DNA from: an uncultured Prochlorococcus sp.
GTDB lineage: Bacteria; Cyanobacteriota; Cyanobacteriia; PCC-6307; Cyanobiaceae
Assembly (NCBI GenBank): GCA_902583265.1
Contig: CACHVD010000004.1
Span: 4,417-68,416, forward strand
Length of the DNA: 64,000 nt
Direction of reading: 5' to 3'
This document shows positions 22,243-29,571 of this stretch, piece by piece (positions within the stretch are counted from its first letter, which is position 1; each line of letters begins with the position of its first letter). The notes beneath the pieces were generated by a model, which ran no database searches, was not told the origin of the DNA, and was given only the letters and a program-made list of their open reading frames with translations. A program made the position numbers and the translations under genes.

Positions 22243-22261
22243 CGGAGAGGGTGTAAGTCGA
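22243..22261. repeat. Distal att-like copy of the tRNA-Ser 3' end
   Basis: cggagagggtgtaagtcga versus tRNA cggagagggtgggattcga (16/19, with TCGA in register). Confidence 0.85.
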
Positions 22262-22271
22262 TTTGCTTCTG

Positions 22272-22299
22272 TCAGACACTGTCAGACACCATCAGACAC
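22272..22299 (+). repeat. Three TCAGACAC direct repeats, 10-bp period (left arm)
   Basis: Copies at 22272, 22282 and 22292. Confidence 0.95.
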
Positions 22300-22323
22300 T
22301 ATGTTTAAAGAAATAGGAGTAAA

Positions 22324-22347
22324 TTCTCCCAACATTTCTCCCAACAC
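22324..22347 (+). repeat. Two TTCTCCCAACA(C/T) direct repeats, 12-bp period (left arm)
   Basis: Copies at 22324 and 22336. Confidence 0.95.
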
Positions 22348-22360
22348 TTTTTTTTAGTTA

Positions 22361-22390
22361 TTGACAGGATATTTAAACTAAGTAGAAAGG
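22361..22390 (+). promoter_or_regulatory. Possible promoter and RBS for the cargo operon
   Basis: Perfect TTGACA at 22361; only a weak -10 (TAGAAA, 22383); AAAGG 8 nt before the TTG at 22399. Confidence 0.35.
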
Positions 22391-22398
22391 CAATAATT

Positions 22399-22758
22399 TT
22401 GAAAAAACTATTTCTTCTATTTTTAATATTTGGTTTTAATGCACCTGCTAATTCAGAACAATATCAAAGACACAAATATACCTGCCCAGAATCGCAAGGT
22501 GAATGTTCTGAAGGAGAAAGAGCAGCAATTAAATTAGTTAATGAAACTTACTGGGAGATCCTTACAGAAAGAATTAAGGAGAATAAATTTTACAAATATC
22601 CTTGGTATTGGGTTTATCAAAAAGATGTCTTCAATGAGTGTAAATATACAGTTGCGGCAAAAGAGGATATGCGAACTCATACTGCAAATATGGAATGGAT
22701 AGATGTTGATATTTGCGATAAGACCACGAAGTTAATAGATCTAGGTCGTCGTAGGTAA
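22399..22758 (+). CDS. Hypothetical secreted protein (4 Cys)
   Basis: Signal peptide MKKLFLLFLIFGFNAPANS; stop overlaps the next start (TAATG). Confidence 0.8.
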   Translation: MKKLFLLFLIFGFNAPANSEQYQRHKYTCPESQGECSEGERAAIKLVNETYWEILTERIKENKFYKYPWYWVYQKDVFNECKYTVAAKEDMRTHTANMEWIDVDICDKTTKLIDLGRRR

Positions 22759-23297
22759 TGAAACTCTTACTCCTTTTGCCACTCTTATTAGGTCTGATCC
22801 CTTCAGTAAAGGCAGATTCAGTTTGTGTCCTAACTAGTGAGATAGAACCAGATGTCACAATAAAATTGCAAAAAATAAAGGGTTTAGGTAAGTCTTTTGG
22901 AACTTTAGATTATAAAAATAAACCTGCTTATAGATTTCGCACAGCAGTTCAGAATGGTTATTGGAAGCATTATTATGTAATTTCTGAGTTATCTTCTGAT
23001 GATTCCAAAAAGAATGTAGATGTTGGACGGTTTCTTGAATTTGTTGGTAATCAACCTGCACCGGGAACTCCTAAAGAGAATAGAAAACCTGGAAAACTAA
23101 GAGTGATACTTCCAGACATGTCATCAACTTATTATTATCACTTGGACAATGTTCCAAATGAAGAGGGATATGGAAGATTCAATCAGTCTCCATTGATGGA
23201 ATCAATTTTAAAAGCGAGTGATAATTTCTTTGTTGCTTCAAATGAAGAATGTTCTAATGGATATTTCATATACGGAGGAAACGGATGGAAAAAATAA
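22758..23297 (+). CDS. Hypothetical secreted protein, paralogue A
   Basis: Signal peptide ending VKA; aligns end to end with the next ORF. Confidence 0.85.
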   Translation: MKLLLLLPLLLGLIPSVKADSVCVLTSEIEPDVTIKLQKIKGLGKSFGTLDYKNKPAYRFRTAVQNGYWKHYYVISELSSDDSKKNVDVGRFLEFVGNQPAPGTPKENRKPGKLRVILPDMSSTYYYHLDNVPNEEGYGRFNQSPLMESILKASDNFFVASNEECSNGYFIYGGNGWKK

Positions 23298-23845
23298 AGC
23301 AAATTATTCTTATTTCTTTTCTATTTTTTGTTAGTCCCATTAATGCTAAAGAGTTATGCACTCTCACAAGTGAAGAGGAACCTGATGTAAAAATTACCAT
23401 GAAATATGTTCTTGCTTCAGGTGGAGGAGTAGGAACTCTTAATTATAAAAATAAACCTTCTTTATATTTTGAAGTTGGAGTATGGAATGGATATGGAGGT
23501 CAATATTATGTTGCAAGATCCTATTCATCAGAATCATTTACTCAAGGAAAAACATATGTAGAGAGGACAAAAAATACTGAGAAAATCAGTTCTGGTAGGT
23601 TTATTATTTTCGTTGGGAATCAAATAGGAAGAGTAATTGATAGAGAAGAGAGAAAATCTGGAAAATTAAGAGCATTCATGCCAACTCTCCCTCAAGGTTA
23701 TTACTACTCAATTCCCTTTACTGAAAAAGGTGAATACGGAAGACAGAAATTATCAAAAGAAATGAAAACTATTCTTGATGCATCTGAAGGATTTTTTGTA
23801 GATACTGGTGGGTGTAGTAAATTCTTTGGTTATGGAGGGGATTGA
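23285..23845 (+). CDS. Hypothetical secreted protein, paralogue B
   Basis: Signal peptide ending INA; shares CxLTSExEPDV, GTLxYKNKP, FVGNQ, GKLR and YYY with paralogue A. Confidence 0.85.
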   Translation: MEKIKQIILISFLFFVSPINAKELCTLTSEEEPDVKITMKYVLASGGGVGTLNYKNKPSLYFEVGVWNGYGGQYYVARSYSSESFTQGKTYVERTKNTEKISSGRFIIFVGNQIGRVIDREERKSGKLRAFMPTLPQGYYYSIPFTEKGEYGRQKLSKEMKTILDASEGFFVDTGGCSKFFGYGGD

Positions 23846-24171
23846 TGAGAAGAATAATATTTCCAAAGAATAAAAAATTAAAAATTTTAATAAATATTCT
23901 GCTTATTGTTTTATGGGAAAGATGTGCGGATTATATTTTATTCTGGAGGAATTTATTTGGAATTGGTCGTAATTTGGAAATATTATCAAATAAACTTTAT
24001 TTAAAATATTGCATGTTTGATTATAAACCTTCTCAATTGACTTGTTTGGGAGATCTGTTTGTGAATTTTTTATCATTTATTCCAACTCTTATAGGTATAT
24101 TTTTAATTACATATCTTCTTTGGAATAGAAGAATTAGACCAAGACCAAAGATTACGAAATCAATAAGATGA
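23842..24171 (+). CDS. Hypothetical membrane protein (about 2 TM)
   Basis: Two hydrophobic segments with basic termini; coupled to both neighbours. Confidence 0.65.
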   Translation: MMRRIIFPKNKKLKILINILLIVLWERCADYILFWRNLFGIGRNLEILSNKLYLKYCMFDYKPSQLTCLGDLFVNFLSFIPTLIGIFLITYLLWNRRIRPRPKITKSIR

Positions 24172-24584
24172 TTAATAAATTTGTTCTCTTAATAATTATT
24201 TTGTATGGATTTATTTCACCCATTAATTCTGAAACAAGGAAAAAAAAGGAATATGGTGAATATTCTTTTTATTCAAAATGCTTAGATGATGCTTTGCCAA
24301 AAAAAATGAATACTGGATTGGTTTGGGAATGCTCAACAAAAGCATCAAAACAACTTGATTCTTTAATTCAAAAGCAAATATCCTCAAAAGGTGATTGCGA
24401 TGAAGAAGGATTTGAATCACATGCCTGCCAATTAAAGAGAAGTCAAACTGCGTTTAAGACTTATTATCAAACCGAATGCACTTGGAATAAATATGGTCCT
24501 CATTATCCGTATTGTGAAATGATGCTCAAAAAAGATAGGTTAAAATGGTTAGATAAGACTCTAGGAACCATTAAAAATAATTGA
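24168..24584 (+). CDS. Secreted protein resembling the LprI/DUF1311 lysozyme-inhibitor family
   Basis: Signal peptide; pattern C..T....EC......LD..I...L..SQ..F..Y...EC...C......R..WL. Confidence 0.6.
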   Translation: MINKFVLLIIILYGFISPINSETRKKKEYGEYSFYSKCLDDALPKKMNTGLVWECSTKASKQLDSLIQKQISSKGDCDEEGFESHACQLKRSQTAFKTYYQTECTWNKYGPHYPYCEMMLKKDRLKWLDKTLGTIKNN

Positions 24585-25799
24585 ATGGACTTAATGAAGA
24601 ACAAAATAAGAAATTTTCTTTTAACACTTTTATTCTTTGCCCCAATTACTTCTGCGAGCAGTAGCGAACAGGGATTTCCACCTGCTGTTCCTTTGTCTCA
24701 AGACGATATCGAAGATCCCCAGAAGGGTTATATGCATATTCCTCAAGGGATGGAAGGAGGAACATTTATGTATGCAAAAAAGGGAGATCCAACTGGGAAA
24801 ACAGAAAAAGTTGAACTTGAAAAATTTACTTTTCTAGAGGGATTTAGAACAGAAGTCATTAATGGATTCACCCCAACAATTGGTGTCTGCATATTCATGG
24901 ATAAATGGTCATGCTTTATTGCAGATTCAGAGGAAGTAATAAATAAAACTTTAAGTCAGGAATTAACAAATAATCTTTCTCCAATCCATGAATCAGATAT
25001 GATTTTTTGCGAAGATTGCAAACCAACTCCTGTTCCACTTTTCTCAAGAATTTGTCCAGGTTATTATCGAGCACATATTACTGATGAAGTTGTTGAAGAT
25101 AAAACTTTGCCTACTTATCCAGAGTTTTTTAGTAAGGAAGGTAACTGTATATATGAGGAACCTTGGTTTATTTCATCTAGTAAGAAAGAAAAAGAAAAAA
25201 ACAATAATGGTATAGAAAAAATTGATCAAATGGTAATACTTCAATCTGCTTTTAATAGATGCATGCTTGAGGAAAAATTATTAACAAAACAACAGTTGAT
25301 AACAATGACAAGTGAAGGAGCAAAAGTAACTCCTCAATTATTTAATCCAGTTATGCAAATACTCAAAAATGGTGAAACAAAATCTCAAAAAGAGGCACAA
25401 GATATTCTCATTAATAAGTTGGGTGGTTGTAAGAATTTTGTAAGGACTTTCATCACTATGACCATGAAAGAGGATTCTAAAGAGATGATGAAACTACTTG
25501 ATAAGCAAGGATTTAATGATGATTTGTTAGGCAGACCTAAATCATATTTTGATCAAAATTTAAAAATGGTCTTTTGCAAAGAACCAATACCAGAATTTAC
25601 TCTTAATTATGATTCAAATCCAACGGATAAAGAAGTAGCAAACCTTTGCTCTTGTATTTGGAATAAATTTCCTGAGGGTAGATGGGAAAGAGATGAAATG
25701 AGAAGAATATTTAAAGGTGGCGATCCAACTTGGCAAACACAAGGGATGTTTAATAGATTTGGAAAAGCAATGAAAGTTTGCGGAGGTTATGAATTATGA
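24585..25799 (+). CDS. Hypothetical secreted Cys-rich multidomain protein
   Basis: Signal-peptide-like N-terminus; Cys pairs spread over three blocks; C-terminal LCSCIW...KVCGG. Confidence 0.8.
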   Translation: MDLMKNKIRNFLLTLLFFAPITSASSSEQGFPPAVPLSQDDIEDPQKGYMHIPQGMEGGTFMYAKKGDPTGKTEKVELEKFTFLEGFRTEVINGFTPTIGVCIFMDKWSCFIADSEEVINKTLSQELTNNLSPIHESDMIFCEDCKPTPVPLFSRICPGYYRAHITDEVVEDKTLPTYPEFFSKEGNCIYEEPWFISSSKKEKEKNNNGIEKIDQMVILQSAFNRCMLEEKLLTKQQLITMTSEGAKVTPQLFNPVMQILKNGETKSQKEAQDILINKLGGCKNFVRTFITMTMKEDSKEMMKLLDKQGFNDDLLGRPKSYFDQNLKMVFCKEPIPEFTLNYDSNPTDKEVANLCSCIWNKFPEGRWERDEMRRIFKGGDPTWQTQGMFNRFGKAMKVCGGYEL

Positions 25800-26209
25800 G
25801 TGGGAAAAATAGATTAAAAAATTCTCTTATATGGTTTATTAGATGGATCGTTTATATACCCTTAATTTTAATTGTTATTTCCCTACTAAAAACATTAACT
25901 CTAGGATTTTTAGCAAATTTAGCATGGTGGATTGCTTTATTGATATGGACTATTTTTGGTATAGGACCTGTGATTTGTTTAGGAAGTATCTATCTAACTG
26001 GATGGGTTTGTCCAAATCAAAAATTTGGTAATTTATTGTTTTTAGGATTATTTTTAGTTACGGAAATATTTTCTTTCTATGCTGAATTTGGGATATCTAC
26101 TGCTTTAGAAAATATCCTCAGATTCTTTTCAGACTTTTATATAGTTGGAGGATTTATTGTTGCAGCAACTATTGATCGCAAAATTGATAAAGATTTAGAA
26201 GGATTTTAA
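25796..26209 (+). CDS. Hypothetical membrane protein (about 4 TM)
   Basis: Hydrophobic segments throughout; ATGA overlap with the previous gene. Confidence 0.75.
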   Translation: MSGKNRLKNSLIWFIRWIVYIPLILIVISLLKTLTLGFLANLAWWIALLIWTIFGIGPVICLGSIYLTGWVCPNQKFGNLLFLGLFLVTEIFSFYAEFGISTALENILRFFSDFYIVGGFIVAATIDRKIDKDLEGF

Positions 26210-26211
26210 AT

Positions 26212-27915
26212 TTGGAATTTCTGGAAAATTTTTTTAAAGATAAGAAAAATAGAGAATTAATTTTTGCAATATTAGGATTTATTGGGATTATTATTTTCCC
26301 ACCTTTATGGATTTTATTTTTAACAGTTACTGTAATTGCAATGATGTATGCCGCAGTTAATAAAGATTTAAAGAACCAAGATTACAATGAAGGGAAAAGT
26401 AAAGAAATAAAATATGTAGATCCTGATCTTGAAGAGTTGCGGAATATAACAGAGGAACTTCAAGAAATTGATGTAGAAAAAGATTATTCAAAACTTAAAA
26501 ATATAACTGACAGGATTCCCAGTTTGATGGAGGACGTAATGACTCCTAAAACTTTCTATGAAATTGTTGGTGACTTAACTTTAAAAACAACGCATTATTA
26601 TTTTGAAGATCTAGAGAAACAAGATAAAAATGCAAAAAAATATCCTTCTCTAGAAAGTGATTTTCAAAAGGCAAAGGATGTATGTGATAGATTTTTCGAT
26701 GGTAATGAATATGTAAAAGTTTGGGTGATTTATAGATCCCTTCTGCAAAAACAAGTTCCTGAAGAAAAAATAAATAAGAATTTTCCCGAGTTAATTTCTA
26801 CGTTGAAAGATATAAGAGATCAAAAATGGAAAGATGTTGCATGGGCATATCATATTGCTGATGAAGTTGAAAAAGTCACAGGTAAAGATTCATGCACTAA
26901 AGAAAGATATAAAAAATTAGCAGCACATTTTGATGAAGATGACAGTAAAGAAAAGATGACTGAAAAGCAGAATGATGAATTTAAAAATGATTACAAACTT
27001 TTACTAGAATTCGATCCTGAAAAAATCAAAGCAAAAGAAATAGAAATTTCTGAAAATTTTTTAAAGTCATTTGATGTCAGCAATTTTGAAGGGAAACCAA
27101 AGAAAATAAAAAGCAAAATTAAATGGAAATTAGAGGATGCAATAAAATTTGCCAAGATCATACAAAGTGAATATTCAGAAGTATCTAAATTAAGTGCATT
27201 TGCAGAATTTGGAGGGGATGATGAAGTAATAAGAAAGGGTTACCAATATGCTGGATTATTAAGAAGTGAAGAATATTATGAATCACTTTATGGAGAGAAA
27301 TTCTTGGATCAGATTCAAGATTTAGATAGAATCTCTGATTTTTATCAGTTTGAGATGTTTGATGAAGATCCTATTCAATCAGCAATAGAAAACAAAGATA
27401 TTGAGCGAATTATGTTTTATTCATTAATTCAAATACCAAAATATACAATCACGAAGATAGAAGAAGTTTCAAAAGACGATCCTATTAAAAGAGCACCATA
27501 TTTCAGCATAATGTATGAGCACATGACAATTATTCTGAATATTCTTGAAAGACTTGAAATTTTTAATAATGATGAAATAGTTATTAGGTCTTGGATTTTT
27601 AATCAAATTACAGATCCTTTAGATAAAGGTGAATCTCAAATATCACTTTCAAAAAAGAATAAAAAAGGTCGTCCATATGACAGAAAATATATTGAGGAAT
27701 TATGGGTTCCTTTATATCGCTTCATAGATTTACAGTTATCTCACCCAGATGGTTTAGTGGGTGATGTTGAAAAGGCATATGAAATAATCGGACGAATTCC
27801 AATTAATCTTTTATATAACTATTTCGTAGGAGATCCAGAGCAGGCATATGCAACAATGAAACCAATGTTAGATTTATTGAAGGAGCAAGAGAAGAATTCA
27901 GAATCAAAAGAATAA
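26212..27915 (+). CDS. Hypothetical N-terminally membrane-anchored acidic helical protein
   Basis: 567-aa ORF with a TM hairpin at about aa 16-48, then a D/E/K-rich body. Confidence 0.8.
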   Translation: MEFLENFFKDKKNRELIFAILGFIGIIIFPPLWILFLTVTVIAMMYAAVNKDLKNQDYNEGKSKEIKYVDPDLEELRNITEELQEIDVEKDYSKLKNITDRIPSLMEDVMTPKTFYEIVGDLTLKTTHYYFEDLEKQDKNAKKYPSLESDFQKAKDVCDRFFDGNEYVKVWVIYRSLLQKQVPEEKINKNFPELISTLKDIRDQKWKDVAWAYHIADEVEKVTGKDSCTKERYKKLAAHFDEDDSKEKMTEKQNDEFKNDYKLLLEFDPEKIKAKEIEISENFLKSFDVSNFEGKPKKIKSKIKWKLEDAIKFAKIIQSEYSEVSKLSAFAEFGGDDEVIRKGYQYAGLLRSEEYYESLYGEKFLDQIQDLDRISDFYQFEMFDEDPIQSAIENKDIERIMFYSLIQIPKYTITKIEEVSKDDPIKRAPYFSIMYEHMTIILNILERLEIFNNDEIVIRSWIFNQITDPLDKGESQISLSKKNKKGRPYDRKYIEELWVPLYRFIDLQLSHPDGLVGDVEKAYEIIGRIPINLLYNYFVGDPEQAYATMKPMLDLLKEQEKNSESKE

Positions 27916-27933
27916 AAATTATTAAATACTTTT

Positions 27934-28062
27934 ATGGAAAAGAAACGCAATTACGATAATGATGGATTAGATCCATCAGAAGAATATTTTAGAAAGAAGA
28001 AAAAAGGTATTGATAAGGATACCTATTTCCCTCCAGAAGAATCAGAACCTCCTCATTATTAA
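27934..28062 (+). CDS. Possible 42-aa charged peptide (last cargo ORF; not in track)
   Basis: MEKKRNYDNDGLDPSEEYFRKKKKGIDKDTYFPPEESEPPHY; begins 18 nt after the previous stop and ends 9 nt before the inner TCGA site. Confidence 0.45.
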   Translation: MEKKRNYDNDGLDPSEEYFRKKKKGIDKDTYFPPEESEPPHY

Positions 28063-28071
28063 TTTGTAAAA

Positions 28072-28081
28072 TCGAACCCAC
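28072..28081. repeat. Inner tRNA-Ser T-arm fragment TCGAACCCAC
   Basis: Identical to 28310-28319 within the tRNA. Confidence 0.75.
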
Positions 28082-28136
28082 TCTCCCAACACTTTCAAAA
28101 TTCTCCCAACACTTCTCCCAACACTTCTCCCAACAC
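28082..28136 (+). repeat. Four (T)TCTCCCAACAC direct repeats (right arm)
   Basis: One copy at 28082, then perfect tandem 12-mers at 28101, 28113 and 28125. Confidence 0.96.
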
Positions 28137-28152
28137 TTTGAGATAAAAATAA

Positions 28153-28284
28153 TCTGACATTAACAGAATCTACCTGACACCATAAGACACTATTATTAAG
28201 AAGATAATTGAAAAAACTCTTACTAATACAGGTTTTTATAAAGATTGTGAAACTACCAGAATCCTTCAGACACTGTTAGACACT
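28153..28284 (+). repeat. Two clusters of TCAGACAC-type repeats, 10-bp period (right arm)
   Basis: tctgacat/acagaatc/cctgacac/taagacac at 28153-28190 and ccagaatc/tcagacac/ttagacac at 28256-28283. Confidence 0.85.
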
Positions 28285-28294
28285 AAAAATAATC

Positions 28295-28379
28295 CGGAGA
28301 GGGTGGGATTCGAACCCACGAATAGTTCCCTATTAAACGATTTCGAGTCGTTCGCTTTCGACCTCTCAGCCACCTCTCC
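28295..28379 (-). tRNA. trnS: tRNA-Ser(CGA)
   Basis: GGAGAGG/CCTCTCC acceptor stem, AACGA-CT-CGA-AA-TCGTT anticodon arm, long variable arm, GGTTCGAATCC T-loop, G discriminator. Confidence 0.97.
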
Positions 28380-28445
28380 TTACTAATATATAAATATTAT
28401 ATATAAATTATATTTAGGAATTATCTCTAAGGCTTTTATTCGACT

Positions 28446-29469
28446 TTAATCCCAGCCTGCATCTTTCATCAATTTTATTGCAAGAGAATTATTAACACCA
28501 AGATCTTCTACAGTAACTTTATCAGGAGTAAATGGTCCAAAGTCTTTGACAATAGGATTCTGATTGACCTCCTTTAATGGATGTTCAAAAGTAGGATCTG
28601 CTAACCCCTGACTTCCACTAGGAGATGCTAAATATTCAAGTAGCTTTATAGCTGCAGTTTTGTTTGTTGCATATCTAGCTACACCACCAGCACTAATATT
28701 GACATGTGCAGGATTAGGAGTAAGGACAGTTGTTTTTTTTGCATATAAAGCATCTCTTCTCCCATTTACGCCAGCCAACATTCTTGCAACATAATAATGG
28801 TTTACAATTCCTATTCCACACTTTCTCTTAGAAACCGCTCTTACGATGGAAATATCCCCTGGGAAAAAAGGTTTAGATACATTTGAGATCATCCCATTAA
28901 GCCAATTTTTTTGTAGCCTCTTCACCCTTATTAATTATTTGATTAGCTACTAAAGATTGATTATAGGGACTTTTTCTATTCCTCAAACATACTTTTCCTT
29001 TTAAAGATGGGTCCGCTAAATCAGTATAATCATTTATTTTACTTACATCTACCACCTTTGGATTTGCGACCATAACTCTTACTCTTCTTGTTAATGCATA
29101 CCATTCCTTATCAGGATCTTTTAATCCCACAGGGACATCATTTTCTAAATTATTAGACTCAATGCTCTGCAGCAATCCTAACTTAGCAGCATTAGTAATT
29201 CTTGCAGCATCAACAAGCAAAATTAGATCGGCTTGAGAATTTTTCCCCTCTCTTTTAAGTCTTTCAATTAAGGATATACCAGCAGCTTCAATTAGTCGAA
29301 CTTTTATACCAGTTTCTTGTGCAAATTTTTTATATACACTTCTATCTGTGTTGTAATGTCTCCCTGAAAAAACTTTGACTTCTTTTTCTGTTGAATTAAC
29401 AGGTATATTAACGTTCAATAAAAATGTAAATGCTAATGCTGAATAAATTACTTTTTTAAGTTTTTGCAC
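28446..29469 (-). pseudogene. futA: Fe(III) ABC transporter substrate-binding protein FutA/IdiA, split by a +1 frameshift in an A7 run (28906-28912); may be an artefact
   Basis: FSGRHYNTD, YALTRRVRV, SPYNQSL, then VNHYYVARM and HVNISAGG in the other frame. A6 would give one 340-aa ORF. Confidence 0.85.
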
Positions 29470-29571
29470 TTTTTAAAAATAGTATCTATGGTTACTTTAT
29501 ACCTATAAAAACAGTTCAAACTTTAAAAGCGAACTTCTATACATTGAGATGTATCATTTTTTATATTTCAA

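Larger units (their letters stand above)
22243..28305. mobile_element. Integrase-less genomic islet at the 3' end of tRNA-Ser(CGA)
   Basis: CGGAGAGGGTG duplicated at 22243-22253 and 28295-28305; shared repeat arrays at both ends; cargo of unknown ORFs with no recognisable recombinase. Confidence 0.85.

Noticed and set aside
22399-27915. Co-oriented cargo genes as an integron cassette array
   Set aside because: Genes overlap or are 0-2 nt apart, leaving no room for attC sites; no IntI
28072-28085. Second tRNA gene
   Set aside because: Only a 10-nt T-arm fragment; no cloverleaf
28082-28136. Tandem TTCTCCCAACAC repeats as a CRISPR array
   Set aside because: 12-bp units are mostly abutting, with no unique spacers and no cas genes
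22243-28305. Prophage or complete autonomous tycheposon
   Set aside because: No integrase, replication, packaging or structural genes are recognisable
28381-28420. TA-rich quasi-palindrome upstream of tRNA-Ser
   Set aside because: Low-complexity AT sequence; symmetry is expected by chance
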